The notes beneath the pieces are model-generated. The model ran no database searches. It was given only the letters and a program-made list of their open reading frames with translations, and had not been told where the DNA came from. Below, one piece after another: positions 1-9,510 of a DNA stretch of 64,000 bases. Each line of letters starts with the position of its first letter. The stretch's first letter is position 1. The position numbers were made by a program, and so were the translations under genes. The DNA lies in assembly GCA_002499705.1 (NCBI GenBank), contig DAMU01000036.1, positions 7,314 through 71,313 of the forward strand, written 5' to 3'. This stretch comes from Euryarchaeota archaeon UBA91 (GTDB taxonomy: Archaea; Thermoplasmatota; Poseidoniia; Poseidoniales; Poseidoniaceae).

Positions 1-1583
1 AAGACGAGGGATAAATCAGTTGGGTGCTCGATTTGTCGGAGTCTTCCACTCCATGTGAGGGATTGATTTTCGTGAAGTGAGTCGGTACCTATAGCGTTCA
101 GCCTCACATTGAGTTTGATGGATTGTTCAGAGCCAGGGCGCTCAAGATACCATCCATCGTCATGCATTGCCGCTTTACCATCGATGAGTACAAACTTATT
201 CTGGGCGTATCCCCATTGCGTAGCCCCAGCATCCCAAAGCAGTGATTCAGGCGCAGCAGGTTCTCCGACCAGTTGGTACGTGTCGACCATAAGGCGCATC
301 ATCATTTTTTCATCGTCCCACGAAACAGTTACGTTAGCCACGATTCCTTGACCCGCTTCAATCCATTCTGTTCGTGTGGAAGGGAATGTCATTGCAACAC
401 GTGTTTGACCAAACGAGTATGTTTGGCTATCGACAAAGTAACCTTCAGTATCAAGAGGTTCAAATGAATACTGCATGAAGGTACTGAGCGTGTAAACTTT
501 ATTTGGATCCATCAGCATTGAAGCAGGATTTGCAGAAAGCATTGCCTGCATCGACATAGCCGACATTGGGTCAATGAGATTTGTTCCATTTCCGTTATTC
601 GCATCGATGCACCACATGCTTCGACCATCGTTCCACATTAAGCGACCTGCGGCCTCATAGGTCGAACCGTTGTATCCTTCAGTGATAGCATTGGAGGCAT
701 CCTCGTCAGTTGGAAGAATACAAATCTCATTGCCGTTTGGTCCCGAAAGTGTCCATTGACCATTTGTAATCAGAACCTTTCCTGCCATAGACACTAAACT
801 TCCAGACTCATAACTCCACGTCGATTCTCCAGCCCATTCAAGCATCTTGACTTGAGGTGAATGGCTTCGGTCGAGAAGAATTGTTGGTCCCTGAGTCATC
901 AGCGCCCATCTCAAGCTTGTTTCTTGGTAAGCAATCATGCCTGTCACTTCAATTTTGGAATCCGCTTCAATCCAAACACGGGGAGATGATTGAATGAGAA
1001 GTTGCATTTGGTGGGCTTCGTCGCTAATATATGCGCTTGTAAAGGTCGCATCTGGATTGACAGATTCGCTGATGAAACCGTTTACTGTTACAATTTCTCC
1101 AACATAATCTTCTGGAGCAACAGCGAGGTCCGTAATCGATACTCGCTGAAGCACTGGCAGATCTTCTGGTTCCCAATACAACGCACCTGAACCCGTAGCT
1201 TGCATGTAAAAGCGGCCATTCCAATCAACAACATCACCCATGACGGTAACATTCGTTCCAATCGGAGGAATTTCACCGGTTGAATACCAGCGCACTTGAA
1301 TGACGCCAGTGTCGTCTTCGATTACCAAATCGACACGGTCTTCTCCGTTTCCGTAACGGTCTTCAATCCAAGAGATGACTTCTCCTTCAACCAATACGAC
1401 TTCATTTTTGTACTGAATCAAATCTTCAACCTCAACAATCTGTGGCTCACGAACCATAGCATACCAGTTTAATGTGGCAACCAAGAATACCGAGAGAGCG
1501 AACATGACCCATAATTTCTGGCCTCGAGTCGCTGGATTGTCATCCGTTATTTTTAGCATAATGTCCTTGAGAGCATCCGCCAT
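1..1583 (-). CDS. Membrane-anchored protein with tandem OB-fold-like domains (3' end runs off window; absent from ORF track)
   Basis: Manual translation from ATG at 1583: MADALKDIMLKITDDNPATRGQKLWVMFALSVFLVATLNWYAMVREPQIVEVEDLIQYKNEVVLVEGEV...VIEDDTGVIQVRWY...GTNVTVMGDVVDWNGRFYM..., then a second unit RVSITDLAVAPEDYVGEIVTVNGFI...SKIEVTGMIAY. One N-terminal TM segment. The absence of this frame from the ORF track is consistent with no stop before the window edge. Confidence 0.75.
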   Translation of the reverse strand, partial: MADALKDIMLKITDDNPATRGQKLWVMFALSVFLVATLNWYAMVREPQIVEVEDLIQYKNEVVLVEGEVISWIEDRYGNGEDRVDLVIEDDTGVIQVRWYSTGEIPPIGTNVTVMGDVVDWNGRFYMQATGSGALYWEPEDLPVLQRVSITDLAVAPEDYVGEIVTVNGFISESVNPDATFTSAYISDEAHQMQLLIQSSPRVWIEADSKIEVTGMIAYQETSLRWALMTQGPTILLDRSHSPQVKMLEWAGESTWSYESGSLVSMAGKVLITNGQWTLSGPNGNEICILPTDEDASNAITEGYNGSTYEAAGRLMWNDGRSMWCIDANNGNGTNLIDPMSAMSMQAMLSANPASMLMDPNKVYTLSTFMQYSFEPLDTEGYFVDSQTYSFGQTRVAMTFPSTRTEWIEAGQGIVANVTVSWDDEKMMMRLMVDTYQLVGEPAAPESLLWDAGATQWGYAQNKFVLIDGKAAMHDDGWYLERPGSEQSIKLNVRLNAIGTDSLHENQSLTWSGRLRQIEHPTDLSLV

Positions 1584-1707
1584 AGTTGCTTCACTTAACC
1601 CCCGTGCTTAGGCATTGCCATCCATCATTCCGTTGTTGAGATGGAAATTTCCAGAGATTCTGGGCGTGCGGGGCCTTTTTAACGGAAAAGTAGACCGCTT
1701 GATGGGG

Positions 1708-3009
1708 ATGGCCATGCGTGACCGTGTGATTCGCGATGAGATTCACAAGGACATCTTTGTCCCTGCCAACCATGCTAAGATTATCGATACGCGTGAATTT
1801 CAACGCCTTCGGTCCATTCAACAACTTTCTACTTGTGAGTATGTATTTCCAGCGGCAAATCATAACCGCTTTTCCCATTCACTTGGAGCCTATCATTTGG
1901 CTGGCACCTTGGTTTCCTCGCTCAATGAGGTTCAACCCGGCCTTGTCTCTGATGGGGATTGTGAATTGATACAGTTGGCGGCTTTACTCCATGACGTGGG
2001 CCACCCGCCGTTTTCACACCTGCTTGAAACTCCAGAAGTGTTTGCCACCTACCATTCGCACGAACATTGGGGGCGATTGTTATTGGAATCTGAAGATACG
2101 GAAGTTGGAAAAGCCCTTTTGGAAGTCCTCGGCTTGAACCGTCGAGACCGATTGTTCGCACTCCTCGATGGCCAAACAGAGCACGATGGCGTCACAATTC
2201 CACCTTTCATGAAAGAGATTGTAGCCAGCCAATTAGACGTAGACCGCATGGACTACATGGTTCGGGACCAAGCCAACACAGGTGCTCAAATTGGTGGATT
2301 TGATATTGCTCGAGTCATCCGTGCCCTACGAGTGAACAAAGACGGTCACTTCATCGTCAAATCTTGGGGTCTACCTGCCATTGAAGCCTACCTCGTTACA
2401 CGGTATCACATGTATCACCAAGTCTATTTCCACAAGGTCAACATGCTGACTCAAAATTACCTCGTCAGGATGCTTGTTCGTGCCCGAACTCTCGCTCAGG
2501 ATGGGCTCCTCGAACTTTCTAAACCGCTTCAAAATATGTTGTTGAACACCTCTCTTGATCCGAAAGGGTATGCTTCACTGAACGATGCACACATACGAGT
2601 TGCTCTACCAGAGTGGGCAGAACATGAGGACACAGTTTTGTCACACTATGCAATGCGTTTACTCTCTCGAAGAGACTTCCACAAATCGTTGAGAATCGAA
2701 GGTTTAACCACTGAAATGGTGGATGTTGTTTTGCCAAGACTAGAACCTCTTGTTCAAGCGGCCGGTTACAATCCGACTATCGACATCATCACAGCACGAA
2801 TTTCAAAGCGTGGTTACATGCCATATGAGCAGGGGATTTTGATCGAAGATGGCCGAGACGCAGCAGACCATTCACCACTTGTTCGTTCACTTACTCAACC
2901 GAATGAACGTGCATTGATATTCGTACCCGATGCAATCCGAGATGAACTTGAGACCAGTGTTCGCGAATGGGTTAAACCATCTCAGTCCTCCCTTGCACAG
3001 TTTGAATGA
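1708..3009 (+). CDS. HD-domain phosphohydrolase, SAMHD1/YdhJ-like dNTP triphosphohydrolase family
   Basis: Motifs IRDEIH, FQRLRSIQQL, HNRFSHSLG, AALLHDVGHPPFSH, SQLDVDRMDY, VYFHK. True start probably one of ATG 1702/1708/1714 rather than 1615. Confidence 0.88.
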   Translation: MAMRDRVIRDEIHKDIFVPANHAKIIDTREFQRLRSIQQLSTCEYVFPAANHNRFSHSLGAYHLAGTLVSSLNEVQPGLVSDGDCELIQLAALLHDVGHPPFSHLLETPEVFATYHSHEHWGRLLLESEDTEVGKALLEVLGLNRRDRLFALLDGQTEHDGVTIPPFMKEIVASQLDVDRMDYMVRDQANTGAQIGGFDIARVIRALRVNKDGHFIVKSWGLPAIEAYLVTRYHMYHQVYFHKVNMLTQNYLVRMLVRARTLAQDGLLELSKPLQNMLLNTSLDPKGYASLNDAHIRVALPEWAEHEDTVLSHYAMRLLSRRDFHKSLRIEGLTTEMVDVVLPRLEPLVQAAGYNPTIDIITARISKRGYMPYEQGILIEDGRDAADHSPLVRSLTQPNERALIFVPDAIRDELETSVREWVKPSQSSLAQFE

Positions 3010-3052
3010 TGCAGGGGTAAGTTCATGTCTTGCGCCTATTCCCTTGTCGCAG

Positions 3053-3126
3053 GGGCCCGTAGCTTAGTTGGTTAGAGCACCCGGCTCATAACCGGGGGGT
3101 CAAGGGTTCAAGTCCCTTCGGGCCCA
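3053..3126 (+). tRNA. tRNA with CAU anticodon, most likely tRNA-Ile2 (agmatidine-modified); no intron, CCA not encoded
   Basis: Acceptor stem GGGCCCG/CGGGCCC plus A73, anticodon arm CCCGG-CTCATAA-CCGGG, T arm AAGGG-TTCAAGT-CCCTT. The GGGCCCG start matches archaeal Ile2 rather than initiator Met (A1-U72). Confidence 0.93.
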
Positions 3127-3224
3127 CTTTTGACGAGGGGCCCACGTAGGCGTTTTTTAGAACCACTATTGCGCAACGGTTATGAGGGTCTCATTACTGG
3201 GGTAGACTACTAGGTGGAACCTAT

Positions 3225-4154
3225 ATGATGAAGCGCGCTCTGTTCTTACTTACTCTTTACGTCTGCTCGGTCATGTTGGTTGCTGTTCCAGCATCTGCTC
3301 AGGCTCCTACTGCAGCTATCTCTCTCTCGTGTGCTCCAATTTCGATTAACATTGAAGTTAAGCCTGGTTCGACATACAACGGTTTTACCACCTGCACAGC
3401 AAATAACCCTACAGCATACCAAGAAAAAATCAGCATTTTGGTTACCAGTGATGGATTAGCAACTGCTGCTCCTGGTGACATGTATATTGGTGGGAATCAA
3501 GAAGTAGACTTCCAGATCTCCGTTCGAGCAACGCCTTACATGGTCATGCAAAGTCGAACCCTTTCGGTTTCTGCAACAGTTCAAGAAATCAATTCGCTTC
3601 CTCCGGTGAATACCGCTTCTTCACAGAACAACATGATTGTGAACATCATGCAATACTCATTGGTTCAGGTTGAAGCTGTCGAACCATTCGTTCAATTGAT
3701 GCCAAAGAAGGACAAGAACTTCGAGTTCAAAGTCTACAACCTTGGAAATCAGATTGACTTCATGAAAGTCGGTATTACCGAAACCAGTCGCGAAAACCTC
3801 GAAGAGGCTGGTTTCACAATCAACCTACCTGCTGTCAAGGTGCAAATCGATGCAATCCCAACTGCAACCAAGGTCCGTGTTATGGCCCGAACGCCTAAGA
3901 CTCAAGGATGGAGCGATGCTTACCACGTTCTCGACTTCTTCGCAGAATCCGAGTTCGCATGTAACAACGGTGGATGTATTCGAGAATCTCAGATGATTAC
4001 AGTTTATGTTCGTGGTGTTTACCTGCCTGGTTTCGAAGTTGTTCCTGCCATCTCAATGATTGCACTTGCAGCAGCAGCCGCAGGTCGTCGATTCTCAGAA
4101 GATCGAGAAGAAGAAGAAGACGTTGTCTGGTATGATTCAGCTCCCGGGCTGTAA
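3225..4154 (+). CDS. Secreted Ig-like protein with PGF-CTERM-like sorting signal (resembles choice-of-anchor T family)
   Basis: Signal peptide ...VPASAQA; C-terminal LPGFE + hydrophobic helix + GRR, then an acidic tail. Confidence 0.65.
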   Translation: MMKRALFLLTLYVCSVMLVAVPASAQAPTAAISLSCAPISINIEVKPGSTYNGFTTCTANNPTAYQEKISILVTSDGLATAAPGDMYIGGNQEVDFQISVRATPYMVMQSRTLSVSATVQEINSLPPVNTASSQNNMIVNIMQYSLVQVEAVEPFVQLMPKKDKNFEFKVYNLGNQIDFMKVGITETSRENLEEAGFTINLPAVKVQIDAIPTATKVRVMARTPKTQGWSDAYHVLDFFAESEFACNNGGCIRESQMITVYVRGVYLPGFEVVPAISMIALAAAAAGRRFSEDREEEEDVVWYDSAPGL

Positions 4155-4254
4155 CGGCACTTGTAACTGCCCTCGCGAACAGTGCTTTCGTTGACTCATT
4201 CAAGGGTCGCCTTGATAATCCCCTTCGCTAAACGGTGTATTAGCAGGGATTACT

Positions 4255-5505
4255 ATGGGTGGATTACTTGACAAGGCCAACGCGACCAAAACAGAGACTG
4301 TTGATGAAGTAGAAGTGACTGTAAAGGTCAAGACAAAGCCCGCATCTGCGGATGTTAAGTCCAGTTCAAAGCCTTCCTCCTCCAGTTCTTCAGCACCAAA
4401 GCAAAACCCAGAATTGGCGATGAAACTCAACATTGCTGGTTGGGTTGCAATTGTCGTTGGAGGAATCCTCGCCTTACAAGGCGGTGGAATGGGCATACTT
4501 GTCGTCATGGGCGTGTTGCTCGTAGGTATCGGTCTGATTGTTCAATCTGAGCGACTTGCCGAGGGTGACATGAATGTGGTCAAACTCGGGCTCTCCATTT
4601 TTGTGGCAGTCATTGTTGCTGCAGGACCCTATGCAGCATTGGTTCTGGTCCCTGCAGATTCATCGATGGCTCTGACTGAAATCGCTATCAATGAAGATGC
4701 TGATGAGATTACATTCTACGTCCGAGGTTCATTTGATTCTGCAACGGCAACAATTAGCCTGGATGGCGAAACTGTTTGGTCTGACACCTTGACGCTCTCA
4801 AATGACCGGGCGAAATTCAAGGCACCTCTCAGCGCCTTCTTTGACGGTAATTCTCAAGATTATCGGTTGGCATCGATGAACTCTTATCTCATTGAAGTCG
4901 CCTCAAATGATGACCAAACTGCATCTTCAGAGATCACTCCATCGTTGATGAACCGTGAAATATTGAATTCAGGTGCTCGAATTTCCGAGGTATTGAAGAC
5001 TGAGACCTCTGGAACAACGACCACAACGTCGGTAGATGGACTGATTGTTGAATCGATTATGGGTATGTTTGCTCCTGGTGAAGGTCCCCAGGATAACGGA
5101 GAACACTCCATGACCAATCTCGGTCTAACTCCAGTATCGTCCGACTACACAATGCAGTTGAGAATCAAGAAGAGTGGTTCAACTGAATACAGTTCCCCAA
5201 TCATCACTGTCGACGGTCTTGACGCAACATGGACCAGTGCAGTAAGTGGTTCCAAGAGTGGTAAGACGAATGGATGGTTAGGACTTCCAGGGACTGCCAC
5301 AGACTCACTGAATACCGAATACATTCAGAAAGACTCGTTTTATGACGGTGCAGGATGTTACACTTTTGAAATTGTCATCACCAATGACTTCTATGCTGGA
5401 ATGACGGACTCCGGTTCTTCTGCTACGGGGATTATGGTGAGCAGCAATTCATGGGAACTTGACTTCAATGCAAACAGTGACCAAAGAACAATGGAAGTCT
5501 GCTGA
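4255..5505 (+). CDS. Membrane protein of unknown function (N-terminal TM bundle, acidic beta-rich C-terminal domain)
   Basis: 416-aa ORF; K/S-rich N-terminus, about 3 hydrophobic helices, then a Ser/Thr/Asp-rich soluble domain. Confidence 0.7.
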   Translation: MGGLLDKANATKTETVDEVEVTVKVKTKPASADVKSSSKPSSSSSSAPKQNPELAMKLNIAGWVAIVVGGILALQGGGMGILVVMGVLLVGIGLIVQSERLAEGDMNVVKLGLSIFVAVIVAAGPYAALVLVPADSSMALTEIAINEDADEITFYVRGSFDSATATISLDGETVWSDTLTLSNDRAKFKAPLSAFFDGNSQDYRLASMNSYLIEVASNDDQTASSEITPSLMNREILNSGARISEVLKTETSGTTTTTSVDGLIVESIMGMFAPGEGPQDNGEHSMTNLGLTPVSSDYTMQLRIKKSGSTEYSSPIITVDGLDATWTSAVSGSKSGKTNGWLGLPGTATDSLNTEYIQKDSFYDGAGCYTFEIVITNDFYAGMTDSGSSATGIMVSSNSWELDFNANSDQRTMEVC

Positions 5506-5521
5506 ACCTCGGAGTTGACAT

Positions 5522-5539
5522 TTCGCAATCTGTTGCGAA
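5522..5539. terminator. Perfect 7-bp hairpin between convergent genes
   Basis: TTCGCAA-TCTG-TTGCGAA in the 66-bp gap between converging stop codons. Confidence 0.35.
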
Positions 5540-5571
5540 CTCTTGCTTAGTGTTCCCTTCGAGAGGAAATC

Positions 5572-7221
5572 TCATCCTTCAATTTCTTCAAAGACTTCTG
5601 GGACATCGCCATGATTTATCTTCTGTGCAGCTCTTCTTGCAAAGAGTGAAGTTCCAATCACAATGAGAACGACAAGAATCCCGTAGACGATAAGCGGTTG
5701 ATCTTCGGTTTCTTCTCCAATATACCATCCGACTTCTTGGGAATTACCACCTTCTACGTTGGTGATGTCGCCAGCGATTGAACTCAGAATGTTCGGGATC
5801 AGTGTTCGACAATTGAGGACTTGAGCACCATCACTGTTAGCCCACCACGAGACAGGTAATTCCTTTTCTTCACCGGGTGTCAAAGTGGTGGTAAGCGCAG
5901 TTGTTTCGGTGAGATTGTCACCGACATAACACCAAATGTTGACGGTTGCAGCAGCATCACCTGTATTTCGAACGCTTACCATAGCACCAATCCTTTTGTT
6001 GACCTCGGCAGTGGTATCTTCAGCATCTATTGAGACAACTTCAATGTACGGTAATGGGACATTAATTTCAGCAGTAGGTGTTTGTGGTGCTGGAACAGTC
6101 GTGGTAAAGTCTCCCCAACCGGAACTCAATGTGAGTGTAAGTTCGGCATTTTCTGAGTGATAGACTCCGTTTTGGTCGACCCATTCAACGATTCGCTGCC
6201 ATTCACTACCGCCGATGTCGACTACGCCGTTTGCATCGGTTATGTCGTCACGGACCGAACTTCCATAGCCGATTCCTGTTTGGTGGACCGTAATGTTAGC
6301 GGCATTTGTTTGAATTTGGCGTTGAGACAGTAATCGAATCCAACCATCAGTGTAGCCACCCGTACCTTGATTATTGGTGTAGATGATTTCTGCAAGGTCG
6401 TGAACAACGATATCCTCATCGGTTCGACTTCCGAGAATGGCACTTGCATTTACTGTAATACTCGAACCGTCACTCACGTGGATAGGAGCACTTCCGATTA
6501 TGGAACTGGATTGAATCTCACATATGTGCGCACAGGTCAAATCAGCGCCATAGATAGTAGCTCCATCAAGCAGTAAGGTTCCAAACACTTCGAGTTCAAA
6601 CGAGGCACTGTTCCATTTCAGGCTACCATTTGTTTGATTGATTTCATTTGCCAAAAGGAGAGGTGATTCGCCACTCCCAGAATGCAGTGCTTGAATGGAC
6701 ACAATCTGAATTTCAAAAGCGTAATAGACATAGAAATCTGCTAACAAATCGGTTCCGTTAAGGGATACATCGATGAAAATATGGTCACTACCTACAGCGT
6801 CAATTGTTTCTTCGCCTACAGTCATGTTAAACATGGCAGAATTTGGAATTGTTTGGTCAAAGTCAACTCTTAGTTGCCCAGATTCTGCTAAATCTCCAAA
6901 GTTCAAATGAAGTTGAGTGTTGTTCATTATTGCAATTCCTGAATCTAACTCTTCGCCGATAAGAGAACCTGATAGGGTGAGTGTGGAGTTTTCCTGCACG
7001 GTAATAGAATTGCCTGTAGCAATTGTCACGTCACCGTTTATGGTTAACTCAGCGCCATTCTCAATGACGATATTTCCATTCATTGCGTGTGTCCCATTCC
7101 AAGTCTCGTCAGCACTGATGAGAACAGTCGAACCCTCGGTGGGCGGTGAAGCATGAACACCTGCAATTGCGCTCAAGGATGTAAAAAGGAGGAGAAGTGT
7201 GAAGCAGACAGCGGTTCGCAT
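5572..7221 (-). CDS. Cell-surface protein with CARDB/Ig-like domain and C-terminal TM anchor
   Basis: Likely start MRTAVCFTLLLLF (signal peptide); CARDB-like VSVRNTGDAAATVNIWC...LTPGEEKELPVSW; TM helix followed by RRAAQK. Confidence 0.7.
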   Translation of the reverse strand: MRTAVCFTLLLLFTSLSAIAGVHASPPTEGSTVLISADETWNGTHAMNGNIVIENGAELTINGDVTIATGNSITVQENSTLTLSGSLIGEELDSGIAIMNNTQLHLNFGDLAESGQLRVDFDQTIPNSAMFNMTVGEETIDAVGSDHIFIDVSLNGTDLLADFYVYYAFEIQIVSIQALHSGSGESPLLLANEINQTNGSLKWNSASFELEVFGTLLLDGATIYGADLTCAHICEIQSSSIIGSAPIHVSDGSSITVNASAILGSRTDEDIVVHDLAEIIYTNNQGTGGYTDGWIRLLSQRQIQTNAANITVHQTGIGYGSSVRDDITDANGVVDIGGSEWQRIVEWVDQNGVYHSENAELTLTLSSGWGDFTTTVPAPQTPTAEINVPLPYIEVVSIDAEDTTAEVNKRIGAMVSVRNTGDAAATVNIWCYVGDNLTETTALTTTLTPGEEKELPVSWWANSDGAQVLNCRTLIPNILSSIAGDITNVEGGNSQEVGWYIGEETEDQPLIVYGILVVLIVIGTSLFARRAAQKINHGDVPEVFEEIEG

Positions 7222-7262
7222 GTGTGTGCGTAGTAATCCCACATTATAGGCTTCTCTCCGTT

Positions 7263-7928
7263 TCAGTAGGGGACGTCTTTCCAACCAATCTTGTAACCAA
7301 ACACATTGAATGAACGGTGTAATACAGGAGTAAAGAGGACCAATGCCAGCATTGGCAATCTCAATTCAGGATCTGCGAGAATCGATGTTCCGAGGAAAAG
7401 TTGACCTGCTAAAAATACCATTATGGCGAAAGGTAGGGTGTCCAATAGTGGCGCTTTTGAAGAGATATCCCCTTCTCGCCTGAGTCCTCTTCGTCGCTTG
7501 ACAAAAGAGCCACTGCTGTCACCTACAAGGCAAAAGAATCCAAGGAAACTTCCGAGGATGAACGCGGTGAGCATTTCACCTCCTACAGAGAACCAAGCAC
7601 CTTCTGCTCCTTGCAGCGGGTGAGTGAAGATTCCATTTTCCCCTACAGCGACATCCGCACCCGGTATGTCTCCAAGAGAAGCTACGATTAACATGCTGAG
7701 TAATCCTGAGGTCAGTGAACCTCCGATAAGTCCATTCCATGTTTTTCCATCACCAAGGATGCGTTTTCCGTCGCTGAGCGTCCTGCCGCCATCGATTGGC
7801 CACGGCCCATATCCCGTTTTTGGCAACCACTTACCCCACATCATGGCAAATGTATTTGCTAAAAATCCTGGTAAGTAGAGCCAAAGTGTGAGCAAACAGA
7901 GTCCGAGAAAATTCATTTCAATCACCAA
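7263..7928 (-). CDS. carS: CDP-archaeol synthase (CDP-2,3-bis-O-geranylgeranyl-sn-glycerol synthase)
   Basis: Motifs YLPGFLANTFAM, PIDGGRTLSDGKRILGDGKTWNG, GDSSGSFVKRRRG, APLLDTLPF and C-terminal GWKDVPY; multi-pass. Start may be ATG 7916. Confidence 0.9.
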   Translation of the reverse strand: MVIEMNFLGLCLLTLWLYLPGFLANTFAMMWGKWLPKTGYGPWPIDGGRTLSDGKRILGDGKTWNGLIGGSLTSGLLSMLIVASLGDIPGADVAVGENGIFTHPLQGAEGAWFSVGGEMLTAFILGSFLGFFCLVGDSSGSFVKRRRGLRREGDISSKAPLLDTLPFAIMVFLAGQLFLGTSILADPELRLPMLALVLFTPVLHRSFNVFGYKIGWKDVPY

Positions 7929-8057
7929 AGGCTAGCACCTTTGCTTGATGTCGAGAGGGACGGTCTTTGAAACATCCCCTTTGAAACGATGTAAGAGTGC
8001 AAACTGTCTGAATGCAGACGCGATGGGATTATGTGATGGCGTCATCCCAAGCAAACT

Positions 8058-9332
8058 ATGGCAGGGAAGGTGGTACTCGTCGTCGGCGGAGGAGGGCGTG
8101 AACACGCACTTTGCATGGAGTTAGAACGTTCTCCACATGTTGCTGAATTGCACTGTTCTCCGGGCAATGCTGGAACATCACGTCTAGCGACGAATCATTC
8201 CATCTCTGCTACAGATATTGACGGGCTGCTGCATCTTGCCAAAACTCTTGATGCAGATTTGGTTGTTGCTGGACCTGAAGCCCCCTTGTGCGCATCACTT
8301 GCAGACCGATTGGAACAGGTTGGAATCCCATGCTTTGGGCCCGTAGCAAAACTTGCAAATCTTGAGGGTTCGAAGTTACACGCAAAACAAGTCATGCGTG
8401 CTGCAAATGTACCTACTGCTGCATTCCATGTTCTTTCAAACACCAGCGATATTGATGCTGCACTGGATGACTTTTCAGGTAATCCTTGGGTCGTCAAGCG
8501 AGATGTTTTGGCAGGTGGTAAGGGGGTTGTCGTTACTCAAAACAGAGAAGAGGCTCTCGAATTTATTCTAAGTTCCATCGAAAGTGATGGACAGGTTTTG
8601 CTTGAAGATTTCTTACCTGGAGAAGAAGCCAGTATGCTGGTCATCATGGATGGTTCCGGCTATGTTTGCCTCCCTGCAAGTCAAGATCACAAGCGTGCTT
8701 ATGATGGCGATGAAGGGCCAAATACTGGTGGAATGGGCGCTTATTGTCCCGCTCCAGTGGTTACAGATGCAATTCGACAAACAACGATTGAGACGATCAT
8801 TGAACCGATGCATCGGTATTTACTCGCAGGTGGAACTCCGTATCGCGGAGTCCTCTATGTAGGCCTAATGATCCCCGAATCTGGAGAGCCGAACGTTGTT
8901 GAATTTAACGTTCGTTTTGGTGATCCAGAGTGCCAAATTACCTTGCCTTTGTTGAAAACCGATGTCTTTGAAGTGCTTGAGGCTGCGGCCTTGGATCGCT
9001 TGTCGCAATTGAATGTAGAATTTCATAACCTCTATGCGACAACCGTTGTTTTGGCAGCAGAGGGTTATCCAAAATCTCCAGTAAAAGGTCGTTTGATTCA
9101 TGGGGCTGAGCATAAGATTCTGCAATCTGGCGGTGCTACTGCTTGGGTCAACCATGCAGGCACCAGTTTCGATGACCGCGGCCAACTGATTTCGACCGGT
9201 GGAAGAGTTCTCTCGTGCAGTGCATCTGCACCAACCCTCGAGGCTTCGGTGAAGTTAGCATATGAACTGATTGAATCGATTGAATTAGAAGGCTCGCATT
9301 ACCGAAGTGACATCGCATTTCGTGCACTTTAG
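8058..9332 (+). CDS. purD: Phosphoribosylamine--glycine ligase
   Basis: VLVVGGGGREHAL, GPEAPL, LEGSK, LAGGKGV, QDHKRAYDGDEGPNTGGMGAY, EFNVRFGDPE, TGGRVL, YRSDIA. Confidence 0.97.
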   Translation: MAGKVVLVVGGGGREHALCMELERSPHVAELHCSPGNAGTSRLATNHSISATDIDGLLHLAKTLDADLVVAGPEAPLCASLADRLEQVGIPCFGPVAKLANLEGSKLHAKQVMRAANVPTAAFHVLSNTSDIDAALDDFSGNPWVVKRDVLAGGKGVVVTQNREEALEFILSSIESDGQVLLEDFLPGEEASMLVIMDGSGYVCLPASQDHKRAYDGDEGPNTGGMGAYCPAPVVTDAIRQTTIETIIEPMHRYLLAGGTPYRGVLYVGLMIPESGEPNVVEFNVRFGDPECQITLPLLKTDVFEVLEAAALDRLSQLNVEFHNLYATTVVLAAEGYPKSPVKGRLIHGAEHKILQSGGATAWVNHAGTSFDDRGQLISTGGRVLSCSASAPTLEASVKLAYELIESIELEGSHYRSDIAFRAL

Positions 9333-9510
9333 GCAGCCGTTTTGACCCCGCAAAATAGCCCAAAAAGAGGGGTTGGAAAACGGGTGTGAAATGTGACACA
9401 GCGTTGCTTTCATATGTCGTTATATCAGCGGAGTCATTAAAAGAGGCTCTCAAGTGGCGAAGACGCTTCAGCCTTGCTGCTGTCGCGTAAACACCTTTGA
9501 GGGAAAAAAA

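Noticed and set aside
109-1276. Short ORFs listed in the track at the window start
   Set aside because: They are shadows of the long minus-strand ORF 1-1583.
3120-3145. GGGCCCAC repeated just after the tRNA 3' end, as a possible att site
   Set aside because: Only 8 bp and 18 nt apart; no integrase and no distant copy of the tRNA 3' end seen in the window.
9454-9510. N-terminal extensions given by the ORF track (also 1615, 7284, 24883, 32349, 47141, 50368, 57900)
   Set aside because: They overlap neighbouring genes or promoter regions and precede better starts with signal peptides, SD sites or TATA-like boxes.
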